The notes: a model not told the origin generated them from the letters alone. A stretch of DNA of 46,817 nt from Actinomycetota bacterium (GCA_009699795.1 WLNK01000001.1:1-46817); one strand, 5' to 3'; shown: positions 37,566 to 46,817, counted from the first letter of the stretch. Program-made: numbers and translations.

Positions 37566-38492
37566 GTGTCATTAGCCCCTGAAATTGTTGCCTTCCTTGA
37601 AAAAGCAAAAGCTGCTGGCTTACCTGATGTATGGCAAGCACCTGTTGATGTACTTCGTGCCAATACCCAAAGTAGAACTGCAAATGGTGGAACGCCTGAT
37701 CCAATCTTTGAAGTTGTAAATACCTTTATTCCTGGCCCAACAGCTGATTTGCCGGTGCGAATTTATCGTCCTAATAACAACCCTAATAACAGCGCCATAG
37801 TTTTCTATCATGGTGGCGGTTGGGTTTTAAATTTCATTGATATCTATGACGCATCGATGCATCGCCTTGCCAATCAAAGCGGAGCGACGGTAATAAGTGT
37901 CAATTACCAAAAAGCACCAGAACATGCATTTCCCGTTCCCTTTGATGATTGCTATGCAACGCTTCTTTGGACTATTAAGAACGCGCAAAAGCTACAGATT
38001 GATCCGAAAAAAATCGGAGTACTTGGCGATAGCGCGGGTGGAAATTTAGCCAGCGCGGTTGCGCTAAAAGCCCGAGATAACAATGTACATATTGCCTTTG
38101 AGGTGCTCATTTATCCATGTAACAATCGTGACTTCACAACTAAGTCATATGTTGACTTTGCTGATGGTTATGGACTTTCGACACGCGCAATGCAATGGTT
38201 CTGGGATCAATACCTTCAAGGAAATTCTCACGATTCAAATCCATATGCATGTCCAACAAAAGCAAAGAGCTTAAAGGGACTTCCACCAACAGTAGTTGTA
38301 ACTGCCGAATACGACCCACTACTTAGCGATAGCGAAAATTACACGGAACTCCTAAAACGTGATGGAGTAGAGGTTACTTACAAGGAGTTTGAGGGCATGA
38401 ACCATGGCTTCTTTGCTAACCTAGCCATCACGCCAAGCGCAGCAAAAGCCATTGATTTCTGTGCATCAGAGATAAAACGAATTCTTAATTAA
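37566..38492 (+). CDS. Alpha/beta hydrolase, HSL-like (family IV) esterase
   Basis: HGGG oxyanion motif, GDSAGG nucleophile elbow, DPL, HGF. Confidence 0.93.
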   Translation: MSLAPEIVAFLEKAKAAGLPDVWQAPVDVLRANTQSRTANGGTPDPIFEVVNTFIPGPTADLPVRIYRPNNNPNNSAIVFYHGGGWVLNFIDIYDASMHRLANQSGATVISVNYQKAPEHAFPVPFDDCYATLLWTIKNAQKLQIDPKKIGVLGDSAGGNLASAVALKARDNNVHIAFEVLIYPCNNRDFTTKSYVDFADGYGLSTRAMQWFWDQYLQGNSHDSNPYACPTKAKSLKGLPPTVVVTAEYDPLLSDSENYTELLKRDGVEVTYKEFEGMNHGFFANLAITPSAAKAIDFCASEIKRILN

Positions 38493-38508
38493 CGGAGATC
38501 ATTTACAA

Positions 38509-39384
38509 ATGTCACGCAGAGGATTAACCCTATTTTTGCTTGTCGGTTTACTTTGGGGTATTCCCTATCTATTTATTAAAGTTGCCGTAGATAAAGAAAC
38601 TGGATTTCCTCCAGCCATTGTTGTCTTTGGGCGCGTACTAATCGGTGCTGCAATTTTGTTACCCATAGCCATGAGAGATGGTTCTCTGAAGAAAGCGCTC
38701 TCTGGAATTAAATACATTGCCTTTTACGCGTTGCTTGAAATGATTGCGCCTTGGATTCTCATTGGAACAGCGGAGCAATCAATTCCTTCTGGCCTTGCCG
38801 GCCTTCTTGTTGCCTCGGTTCCGATTTGGTCAGCAATTATTACCTCGTTCCACGGAGATAAATCTGTCTGGCACTACAAGAGACTTCTCGGAATGCTCGT
38901 CGGTTTTGTGGGAGTCATTCTCGTTGTCGGCATCGAAAGTATTACTGGCTCATCTAGCCCCCTTGCAATTGCAATGATGCTTGCAGCTTCAATGCTCTAT
39001 GCATATGCAATCATCATGATTCGTCGAGCACTTCCCAACGATTCTGGGATTGCTATCAACGGTCTTGCAATGGCAATTTCTGCCCTCTTCTATCTTCCAT
39101 TTACTATCGCGCTCTGGCCATCACATCATGTCGAGGCAAATGCAATCTATTCAGTCGTCGCACTTGGTGTGTTATCAACTGGGGCTGCGTTCGCAATCTT
39201 TTTCGCTGTCGTAAAAGATATTGGTCCAGCAAGGGCTTCGTTTGTAACTTACTTGAATACTGCATTTGCAGTGTTGCTCGGTCTGGTAATCCTTAACGAA
39301 CCTCTCACTCCAGGAATAGTTATCGGACTACCTTTGATTCTTATCGGCTCATACTTTGCAAGCCGCAAAACTACGAGCGTTTAG
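38509..39384 (+). CDS. EamA/DMT family transporter
   Basis: WGIPYLFIK, GPARASFVTYLN, LNEP; about 10 TM helices. Confidence 0.92.
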   Translation: MSRRGLTLFLLVGLLWGIPYLFIKVAVDKETGFPPAIVVFGRVLIGAAILLPIAMRDGSLKKALSGIKYIAFYALLEMIAPWILIGTAEQSIPSGLAGLLVASVPIWSAIITSFHGDKSVWHYKRLLGMLVGFVGVILVVGIESITGSSSPLAIAMMLAASMLYAYAIIMIRRALPNDSGIAINGLAMAISALFYLPFTIALWPSHHVEANAIYSVVALGVLSTGAAFAIFFAVVKDIGPARASFVTYLNTAFAVLLGLVILNEPLTPGIVIGLPLILIGSYFASRKTTSV

Positions 39385-40298
39385 TTTTCTCCGAAACCCA
39401 ATCGCTCAAGAAGTTTTGGATCTCTCTGCCACTCTTTAGAAACTTTCACGTGAAGCCCGAGAAAAATTCTTGCTCCTAATTCGCGCTCGATATCTTTTCG
39501 TGCGCGCATGCCAATATCTTTTAACCGCTCACCCTTGTGCCCCAGAATAATTCCAGTCTGTGAATCACGCTCGACGTGAATAGTTGCGTGGATATCAAAG
39601 AATGGCCTTGATCCCTTTTCCTCACGCTCTGACATTTCATCAATTGTGACCATGATTGAGTGTGGCAACTCTTCGCGCGCGTCTCGAAGGGCTGCCTCGC
39701 GAATGAGCTCACAGATTAATTGTTCAACACCTTGATCGCTCTTCATATCTGTTGGATAAAAGGCAGGTCCTTCTGGCAATTTATCGGCGATGAGTTTGGC
39801 AAGTAAATCAATCTGATCGTGAATAGCTGCAGAAATTGGGACGATCTCATCCCATTGAAAACCCTTTGCAAGTGAGCTGACCCCAAGTAAACGATTGGCT
39901 AGATTTTTCTTTGCAACAAGATCTGTTTTTGTGACTAGTGCGAACTTTTTGGCTCGTGGATACTTTGCGAGTTCGGCAGCTAAAAATTCATCACCCGCGC
40001 CAGAGTCTTCATCTGCAGGCAAGCACATCAAGACAATATCGACTGAATCTAAACTCTCACCCACTACGGCGTTGAGTCGATGGCCAAGCAAAGTCTTTGG
40101 CTTATGTATTCCTGGAGTATCAACTAGAACTGCCTGGAAATTTTCGCCATTAATGATTCCGCGAATTGCGTGACGCGTTGTATTTGGATGGTGGGAAGTG
40201 ATTGCAATTTTGCTTCCAACTAGCGCATTGATGAGAGTTGATTTACCGGTATTTGGACGGCCAACGATGGCAACGAAACCAGATCGAAAATCACTCAT
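39381..40298 (-). CDS. era: GTPase Era
   Basis: GRPNTGKS, TTR, DTPG, TKTD, EELPH, KH domain IILGHKG. Confidence 0.97.
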   Translation of the reverse strand: MSDFRSGFVAIVGRPNTGKSTLINALVGSKIAITSHHPNTTRHAIRGIINGENFQAVLVDTPGIHKPKTLLGHRLNAVVGESLDSVDIVLMCLPADEDSGAGDEFLAAELAKYPRAKKFALVTKTDLVAKKNLANRLLGVSSLAKGFQWDEIVPISAAIHDQIDLLAKLIADKLPEGPAFYPTDMKSDQGVEQLICELIREAALRDAREELPHSIMVTIDEMSEREEKGSRPFFDIHATIHVERDSQTGIILGHKGERLKDIGMRARKDIERELGARIFLGLHVKVSKEWQRDPKLLERLGFGEN

Positions 40299-40318
40299 AG
40301 GTTCATATCATCCCCTGC

Positions 40319-41179
40319 CTAGAAGGAAGATACAAACTCAACAGCATCGCTAACCGATGTAACGATTTCGGCAGCGCGTTCACCAATTAAACGATGACAC
40401 CCCTCTGAAGTTGGTGAATTAATTGGCCCAGGAATCGCCATAACTGGTCTCATTAATTCTGCAGCATCTCTGGCAGTGCGAAGGGATCCAGAACGAAAAG
40501 CTGCTTCAACAACGAGCGTTGCAGTTGAAAGCGCTGCAATTAATCGATTGCGTGTAAGAAATCGTACTGGAAGTGCACGACATCCTGGCATTACTTCACT
40601 AACGATGGCTCCGCTTTCTGCAATCTCAGCAAAGAGTCGAATATTTCCGGCGGGGTAATTGATATCAATACCTGCAGCAACAACGGCAATGGTTATTCCT
40701 TCTGCATAGAGCGCGCCTTTATGTGCGGCGGAATCAATTCCATAAGCACCACCACTTGTTATGGCCCATTCGCGATCAACAAAACCTGCTGCGAAATCTC
40801 CTGCGTTTCTCACTCCATATGGCGTGGGGTTTCGAGTTCCAACTATTGCAAGAGATTTCTGAGATAAAACTTCAACCGAGCCTTTGACTACCAAACCAAT
40901 CGGAGGCGCAGCCAACTCGTCGAGGCAAGCCGGCCAACCAGAAATACCTGGGTAGAGAAAGACCGACCCTGTTCCAAGAATGGATGAGTATTGCTCTTCG
41001 GGATTTGCAGCACGAACATTTTTAATTAATTTTTCATACTTTATCGGGTCATACCCTCCGCCCTTCAATTTTTCCAAAACAGAGGTCGCACCAAAGTTGA
41101 AGATTTCATTGGCCCAAAATGCAACACCGCCCTCAATATTTGCAAAGAGTAAAACGCGTGCGCGCAATTCATCGTTCAA
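40319..41179 (-). CDS. dprA: DNA-processing protein DprA
   Basis: AIVGTR, SGGAYGID..AH, FLTRNRLIAA, VVEAAFRSGSL.TA, PG; no C-terminal extra domain. Confidence 0.95.
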   Translation of the reverse strand: MNDELRARVLLFANIEGGVAFWANEIFNFGATSVLEKLKGGGYDPIKYEKLIKNVRAANPEEQYSSILGTGSVFLYPGISGWPACLDELAAPPIGLVVKGSVEVLSQKSLAIVGTRNPTPYGVRNAGDFAAGFVDREWAITSGGAYGIDSAAHKGALYAEGITIAVVAAGIDINYPAGNIRLFAEIAESGAIVSEVMPGCRALPVRFLTRNRLIAALSTATLVVEAAFRSGSLRTARDAAELMRPVMAIPGPINSPTSEGCHRLIGERAAEIVTSVSDAVEFVSSF

Positions 41180-42696
41180 AGTTCGCTTCCCTCGCGAAGA
41201 CTGTATGCGCTCTTAACTTCGTTAAGTGTTGGAATATCCTTTTCGGTCAGGTCGGCCAGAGTCCACGCAAGGCGAATTACTTTATGTAGTCCTCTGGCTG
41301 TTAAACGCTCTTTATCCAATTCTTCATGCAAGAAGTTCATCGCACCTCGTTCCGGTTTATATTGAGTTCGAAGCGCGCGACTTGGAATTTGTGAATTAAG
41401 AGTCCACCCGTCGTGCGAAAATCGCTTGGCGGCTTTCACGCGCGCACTACTCACACGCGCTCGGATGGCTTGACTTGATTCGCCAATATTTGAATCGGCC
41501 ATATCAACTCGCCCTACTGGTTCAACCTGTACTCGCATATCAATTCGATCCATGAGAGGTCCTGAAAGTTTTCCAAGATAGCGTCTAACTTGTTGTGACG
41601 AACAAGTACAGTTGCGACCTTTTCCGGTGAACTTTCCACATGGACATGGATTTGCTGCAAGTACGAGCAAGAAATTTGCGGGAAAGGTAAGACTTCCAAC
41701 GCTGCGCGCGATTGTGATTGTTCCGGATTCAAGAGGTTGGCGAAGTGAATCAAGTACGCCAACACCACATTCTGGAGCTTCATCAATAAAGAGCACGCCG
41801 TGATGTGCGAGTGAGCATGCGCCCGGTTTTATAACGTGGGCTCCCCCGCCGACCATCGCAACTCGCGATGCGCTGTGATGCGGCGAAACAAACGGTGCAA
41901 TACGCGACATCGGTGATCTGGAAGCAAGAGATCCCGCAATTGAATGCACCGCAGTGACTTCTAACGCTTCTTCCATACTTAACGCAGGCAAAATAGTTGG
42001 AAGCCTGGATGCAATCATGGTCTTTCCAGCACCTGGCGGACCAATCAGAATTAAATGATGACCTCCACTTGCCGCAACTTCAGCAGCAAACCTTGCAGTG
42101 GGCTGTCCTGCAACATCAGCAAAGTCTGGAAGGTCATCGTTCTCTTGAATTTCTAAATCAAGTGGCACTGCAACACTTACTTCACCTGTACGTAGAAATC
42201 GCAACAGCTCGGCAATCGATTCAAAGCCAAGTACTTGCATACCTGACATGAGTTTTGCTTCTGCAAGATTGCTCGCGGGAACAATCGCGCGGGTGATTCC
42301 TGCTTTGTAACCGGCAATTAGCGCAGGCAAAACTCCGCGAACAGATCGAATACGGCCATCGAGAGCTAGCTCCCCAAGGATGAGAGTCGCATCCACGCTC
42401 TCCTGCTTTGCATTTCCCTGAGCAATCACAATCGCAATTGCTATAGATAAATCAAAGCTCGAGCCACTCTTTGGAAGCCATGCAGGTGAAAGTGAAACAG
42501 TAACTTTTTTGTTCGGCCAGATTTCCGAAGAATTAACCATTGCTGCTCGAACGCGATCACGAGATTCACTAAGTGCTGCATCAGGTAAGCCAAGGAGTGA
42601 ATACATTGGAAGTCCATCTGCAATATCTACTTCTACGGTTACGACATTGCCTGATAGACCAAGTAAAGCCACGCTCGTTGTAGTCCCCAGTGTCAC
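41176..42696 (-). CDS. comM: YifB/ComM Mg-chelatase-like AAA+ ATPase/helicase
   Basis: GLPD...ESRDRVR, GELALDG, GPPGAGKT, PHHSAS, LAHHGVLFIDE, NPCPCG, SGPLMDRID. Confidence 0.95.
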   Translation of the reverse strand: MTLGTTTSVALLGLSGNVVTVEVDIADGLPMYSLLGLPDAALSESRDRVRAAMVNSSEIWPNKKVTVSLSPAWLPKSGSSFDLSIAIAIVIAQGNAKQESVDATLILGELALDGRIRSVRGVLPALIAGYKAGITRAIVPASNLAEAKLMSGMQVLGFESIAELLRFLRTGEVSVAVPLDLEIQENDDLPDFADVAGQPTARFAAEVAASGGHHLILIGPPGAGKTMIASRLPTILPALSMEEALEVTAVHSIAGSLASRSPMSRIAPFVSPHHSASRVAMVGGGAHVIKPGACSLAHHGVLFIDEAPECGVGVLDSLRQPLESGTITIARSVGSLTFPANFLLVLAANPCPCGKFTGKGRNCTCSSQQVRRYLGKLSGPLMDRIDMRVQVEPVGRVDMADSNIGESSQAIRARVSSARVKAAKRFSHDGWTLNSQIPSRALRTQYKPERGAMNFLHEELDKERLTARGLHKVIRLAWTLADLTEKDIPTLNEVKSAYSLREGSEL

Positions 42697-43055
42697 AACA
42701 GATTGCCGCGGTATTCAAGAGTGTGCGAACCGTCTTTTGCTATCAATATCGCCGCGACATCAATATGCCAATCGCAACCAAGGCAACTATGAGTTGCAAG
42801 CCATGCAAGTGCTAGACGTTGCATGCGATGGGCTTTATCTCGATTAATTGCCTCAAATGGGTGGCCGAATGCAAGGGATGACCGAGTTTTTACTTCAACA
42901 AAATGAAAGCGCCCATCACGACCGAGAGAAACAATATCTATCTCGCCTTCACGAATTCTCCAATTTCGATCAACAATTTCATCTCCGCGGAGTTCAAGGA
43001 AATCCCTTGCGATTTGTTCACCAAATGCACCCGTTTGTATTTTTGTTCTGCTCAT
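42693..43055 (-). CDS. yraN: YraN family nuclease (UPF0102)
   Basis: GAFGE, RNWR..EGEIDIV, FVEVKTR (PD-(D/E)xK-like). Confidence 0.95.
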   Translation of the reverse strand: MSRTKIQTGAFGEQIARDFLELRGDEIVDRNWRIREGEIDIVSLGRDGRFHFVEVKTRSSLAFGHPFEAINRDKAHRMQRLALAWLATHSCLGCDWHIDVAAILIAKDGSHTLEYRGNLL

Positions 43056-43116
43056 GGCGGGCAGGTTAGAGACGGGCTCCGTCAGAAGCTATTAATTGAT
43101 TATGACTTGTGGGTAA

Positions 43117-43722
43117 TTACGAAAGAAGGGCTGCAATATTTGCAAAGGAGCGACGGTGTTCTATACACGGGCCATGCAAAGTAAGTGCTTCGGTATGAAC
43201 CTTGGTGATATAGCCCTTGTGGCCTGCAAATCCGTATTGCGGAAAATCATTATCTAACTCGCGCATAATTCGATCACGCGTAACTTTGGCGATAATTGAA
43301 GCGGCACTAATGCATGTAACAACTTGATCGCCTTTCCACACTGCAAGGTTTGGAACGGCAAGTCCTTCAATTGCATAACCATCAGTAAGTACATAAGCCG
43401 GAGAAATTGATAGCCCCTGAACCGCACGGCGCATTCCATCGAGATTTGCAGCATGCACCCCGCGTTCGTCTACTTCTTTCGCCGCAATAATTACAGCGCT
43501 CACGCTAAGTGCGTGTTCATGAACTAAATCAAATATTTCTTCGCGCTTTGCCTCAGATATTTCTTTTGAATCTCGAACAACGGCAAGCTCGGCAGCGAAG
43601 GGATCCTTTAAAACTACGGATGCAACAACTAGCGGACCTGCACATGCACCTCGTCCAGCTTCATCTACGCCGGCAAGTGGAGTTATTCCAGCATCGAGCA
43701 GCAGAGCTTCGATGAACTTCAT
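43117..43722 (-). CDS. rnhB: Ribonuclease HII
   Basis: GVDEAGRG, DSK, DG, KGD, AASIIAKVTRD, HKGY, HRRSF. Confidence 0.97.
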   Translation of the reverse strand: MKFIEALLLDAGITPLAGVDEAGRGACAGPLVVASVVLKDPFAAELAVVRDSKEISEAKREEIFDLVHEHALSVSAVIIAAKEVDERGVHAANLDGMRRAVQGLSISPAYVLTDGYAIEGLAVPNLAVWKGDQVVTCISAASIIAKVTRDRIMRELDNDFPQYGFAGHKGYITKVHTEALTLHGPCIEHRRSFANIAALLS

Positions 43723-43727
43723 GTGAA

Positions 43728-44381
43728 TTACTTAATTGGATTTTGCGATGGAACAAGTCCGGCGTTTTTAAATGGCCAAATAATTCCCACAACGCGACCT
43801 GTAACTTTCTCCAGCGGAACAAAACCCTTATTGATGTCTTCTTGGTGATATCGAGAATCTGCACTTGCCCCGCGATGGTCGCCCATTACCCAAATTTTTC
43901 CTTCAGGCACAGTGACACTGAATTCCATATCGCTCGGAGTATTGCCAGCGTAGATATATCCCTCAACTGCTTCTTTGCCATTAATCATCAGAGCTTTGTT
44001 CTTACTGCAACAAATAATCTTGTCGCCCGCTACACCGATTACGCGCTTAACTAAATATTGTTTTGCTGGATTTGGAAGTACGCCAACAGCTACGAGGCCT
44101 TCTTTAATTTTGACTGCAACTTTCCCGCCACTTACAGGTGCGGCTCCAGGGAGCCAGCCAGCAGGATCTCTAAAAACCACAACATCACCGCGATGAATAT
44201 TGCGACTAATTATTGGAAGTTTATTTACTGCCACGCGGTCATTTATTTGAAGCGTGTTCTCCATCGAGCCTGATGGAATGAAGAAAAATTGCACCAAAAA
44301 AGTCTTGATAAAAAGTGAAACAAGAAGTGCAACGATTACAAGGATTGGAAACTCGCGAGCAAGCGAGCCCTTACGTGGCAT
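43728..44381 (-). CDS. lepB: Signal peptidase I
   Basis: IPSGSMENTL, VKRVIG, MGDHR..SADSR. Confidence 0.97.
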   Translation of the reverse strand: MPRKGSLAREFPILVIVALLVSLFIKTFLVQFFFIPSGSMENTLQINDRVAVNKLPIISRNIHRGDVVVFRDPAGWLPGAAPVSGGKVAVKIKEGLVAVGVLPNPAKQYLVKRVIGVAGDKIICCSKNKALMINGKEAVEGYIYAGNTPSDMEFSVTVPEGKIWVMGDHRGASADSRYHQEDINKGFVPLEKVTGRVVGIIWPFKNAGLVPSQNPIK

Positions 44382-44394
44382 TTGCTAAAGAAAC

Positions 44395-44919
44395 TTATTC
44401 AGCTGGAGTTTCAGTTGCTTCGGCAGCTGGTGCCTCTACAACTTCTTCTACTGCTGCTGGAGTCTCAACTACGGGAGTCTCTTCAATAACGGCTGCTGGT
44501 TCTTCAACCTTTTCAGCAACCTTTTCAACGATTGGTTCTGGCGTCGAAAGAATTCCGTCACCGTAACCTTCAATGCCATCACGCTTTTCGCGAATCTTTG
44601 CAGCCTTACCGCGAAGATCGCGTAGGTAGTAAAGCTTTGCGCGACGTACATCGCCCTTCTTTACTAGCTCAATTTTTTCAATAACTGGTGTGTGAACTGG
44701 GAATGTACGTTCTACTCCAACGCCGTATGAAAGCTTACGGATTGTAAAAGTTTCACGAACTCCATCGCCTTGACGACGGATAACGATTCCCTGGAAAACC
44801 TGAAGACGTGACTTGTTACCTTCAATAACGCGTACGTGAATTTTTAATTCATCGCCTGCGCGAAATTGTGGGATGTCCTTACGCAATGACTTTGCGTCGA
44901 CGGCATCAAGAATGTTCAT
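44395..44919 (-). CDS. rplS: 50S ribosomal protein L19 with acidic C-terminal extension
   Basis: [34 protein letters not shown]; GAGGA RBS. Confidence 0.98.
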   Translation of the reverse strand: MNILDAVDAKSLRKDIPQFRAGDELKIHVRVIEGNKSRLQVFQGIVIRRQGDGVRETFTIRKLSYGVGVERTFPVHTPVIEKIELVKKGDVRRAKLYYLRDLRGKAAKIREKRDGIEGYGDGILSTPEPIVEKVAEKVEEPAAVIEETPVVETPAAVEEVVEAPAAEATETPAE

Positions 44920-45091
44920 TTCAAGTCCTCTTCAAATTGATTCGTATATTGCTAAGCGCCGGCTAACTTCAGTGGCGCAGAATGCGTATCTTGCCATAGA
45001 GGGGGGCTAAGGAGTAAATCGGCCAATTCCCCCGCATGAAACCGCAGGTAAGACCGGGATTTGCAAGGGTTCATCAGATATTCTCGGGCGC

Positions 45092-45913
45092 ATGACTGAG
45101 TTGCGTTTAACGGGTAAGACCCCTGACGGGTTGCACCTCGCACTCACAAATTCAGAAGGTGAAGAATTCACCGTTCGAATTAGCGACACCCTTCGTGCAA
45201 ATGTAAATCAACCAAGACTTTCAGCAGTTAATTCAGATGATCAAAGCGAAGAGATGAGCGTTAAAGAGATTCAGCGCAGACTTCGAAGCGGTGAATCAAT
45301 GGAGGCAATCGCACGCGAAGGAAACATCAGCGTCGATAAAGTGAAGCGATTTGCTGGACCAATCCTCCAAGAGCGTCTCTTCATCATAAATATGGTGCAT
45401 GAAATTTCACTTCGCAAAGAATCAGCTCGCGAAGAGAGCGAATTCTTGCAAGTAATCGAAGCAAAGCTTGCGGCTCGCGGCGTAAATATTGATGAACTCG
45501 CATGGCAGACATGGCGCGCAATCGATGGCACATGGACAATCGAATTAGCGTTTCCGAATCGAGATGGATCTGGAAAAGCGCAATGGTCATTTGATCAAAG
45601 CAAGCGAACCATTGCAGCCCTCGATGACAACGGTCGCTGGTTACTCGGCGAAGATGCACCGGTTCGTCGCGTGGAACCAGGAATCATTCACTCCGATGCC
45701 ACACATCCTTCGCGCATCGTAGAAAATATCCAAGCAACTCCTGTCCTGACCGAAGAACCAGTACGAGAGACTCCGCGCCTTGTGGCCATTCGTGAGACGC
45801 CAGCTGCGGCAGATACTGAAGATGGAATTGTTGCTAGAGCGAAGGTTCCTTCTTGGGATGAAATTATGTTTGGTCGATCAGCCTCTGATGAAGAAAGAGA
45901 TGACGAGAACTAA
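45092..45913 (+). CDS. sepH: Septation protein SepH (DUF3071)
   Basis: MTELRL, KEIQRRLRSGES HTH, RFAGPILQER, C-terminal VPSWDEIMFG. Confidence 0.9.
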   Translation: MTELRLTGKTPDGLHLALTNSEGEEFTVRISDTLRANVNQPRLSAVNSDDQSEEMSVKEIQRRLRSGESMEAIAREGNISVDKVKRFAGPILQERLFIINMVHEISLRKESAREESEFLQVIEAKLAARGVNIDELAWQTWRAIDGTWTIELAFPNRDGSGKAQWSFDQSKRTIAALDDNGRWLLGEDAPVRRVEPGIIHSDATHPSRIVENIQATPVLTEEPVRETPRLVAIRETPAAADTEDGIVARAKVPSWDEIMFGRSASDEERDDEN

Positions 45914-45918
45914 AGGCT

Positions 45919-46817
45919 TTAACTCACAGTTGTTGTTAGAAGCGGTACATAACTTTCTGTATTTGAAACTCCTCCATGATGACCCACCATTGATCCTTCT
46001 TGCAAATGGCGAGCCTTCTCAATAAATATCGTTTCACCTTCGGCGATTGCCACAACGTCGCCAATACGGTCGGCTGCATCAGCGCTTACCTCTGCGCCAA
46101 AAAGTCCAGCTGCGATTGCTTCGCTTCGAGTAAAAACTTGCGCCTTTGCACCCAAAGTTTCGCGCCAATTTGCGGCAAGTTCGTGGCGGGCAGAATCAGA
46201 ATCATTCTCGCTTGCTAGATAGAGATGTCTGGCACGAGGTTCGCCGCCAATGACTGCAACGTCTTTATCAAGTTGATTATCTTGACCAATAACAATCTTT
46301 TCTCCGACATTAATCATTCCGTGATCGGCGGTAAGCCATAGGCGCGTACCGCGTGGGAGTTTATGAAGTAGCGCCGTAACCATCTGATCGATTCCGGTGA
46401 AGGCTGCAAGCCATTTCTCCGAACCAACGCCATCACTGTGCCCGGCCGAATCGAGATCATTTACATAGAGATAAACAAATGCAGGTGTCTTATGTAGAGC
46501 TTCAACAGTTTGTGTAACTAAATCTTGTACAACATTAGCGCCGCTGTATTTTGCTCCACGAAAAACGGCTTGTGTGAAGCCAGTATTTTCATAACGTTTA
46601 GCCGCAACGTGAGTTACTGCAATATTTTCTTCGACCGCGCGCTCAAAGAGCGTTGGAACTGGTTGCCACATCACAGGGTCAACCCGCTCATCCCACTTCA
46701 GCGAATTAAGTAAGCGCCCACCACTTCGTGGCACTTGCACGGTGTAACCAAGCATTCCGTGAGCACCAGGCATCGCACCCGTCATCAAGGTGGCAAGACT
46801 CGTTGCAGTTGTTGAAG
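45919..46817 (-). CDS. Alkaline phosphatase superfamily nucleotide pyrophosphatase/phosphodiesterase (5' end off right edge)
   Basis: Frame stays open to the edge (STTATSLATLMTG, catalytic-Thr region); LDSAGH, TADHG, GHHG metal ligands. Confidence 0.9.
   Translation of the reverse strand, partial: STTATSLATLMTGAMPGAHGMLGYTVQVPRSGGRLLNSLKWDERVDPVMWQPVPTLFERAVEENIAVTHVAAKRYENTGFTQAVFRGAKYSGANVVQDLVTQTVEALHKTPAFVYLYVNDLDSAGHSDGVGSEKWLAAFTGIDQMVTALLHKLPRGTRLWLTADHGMINVGEKIVIGQDNQLDKDVAVIGGEPRARHLYLASENDSDSARHELAANWRETLGAKAQVFTRSEAIAAGLFGAEVSADAADRIGDVVAIAEGETIFIEKARHLQEGSMVGHHGGVSNTESYVPLLTTTVS

Noticed and set aside
1-46817. Prophage, transposon, defence system, tRNA or rRNA
   Set aside because: No integrase, transposase, phage or defence-like ORFs recognised; the short intergenic gaps show no tRNA cloverleaf.

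Overview
A very gene-dense, mid-GC actinobacterial chromosome segment. Gene content, compactness and protein style fit a streamlined freshwater acI / 'Ca. Nanopelagicales' (Planktophila-like) genome; this taxonomy is inferred, not searched. Left to right: the dcw cluster on the minus strand (mraZ-rsmH-ftsL-ftsI-murE-murF-mraY-murD-ftsW-murG-murC-ftsQ-ftsZ, with ftsZ cut by the edge), carrying MraZ boxes and an mraW RNA motif; DUF3040; dinB with a perfect LexA box; doxX, tauE, ybaK and DUF4389; a carotenoid locus (crtA-cruF-GT2-crtD-like and crtE-crtI-crtB) interrupted by metF and a CDP-alcohol phosphatidyltransferase; an atypical TPP riboswitch in front of a PnuC transporter and a P-loop kinase; PASTA kinase, nfo, EamA, threonine aldolase, ogt, class II DAHP synthase; PFK divergent from xylB-esterase-EamA; era, dprA-comM-yraN, rnhB, lepB, rplS, sepH and a truncated alkaline-phosphatase-family gene. 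I saw no mobile element, CRISPR array, tRNA or rRNA. Most of the window is ordinary core genome. The best leads are the variant TPP riboswitch-PnuC-kinase unit, the pervasive leaderless and bidirectional promoter architecture, the mraW-loop complementarity to the mraZ ribosome-binding site, the glycosyl-carotenoid branch, and a PPi-signature PFK back-to-back with xylB.
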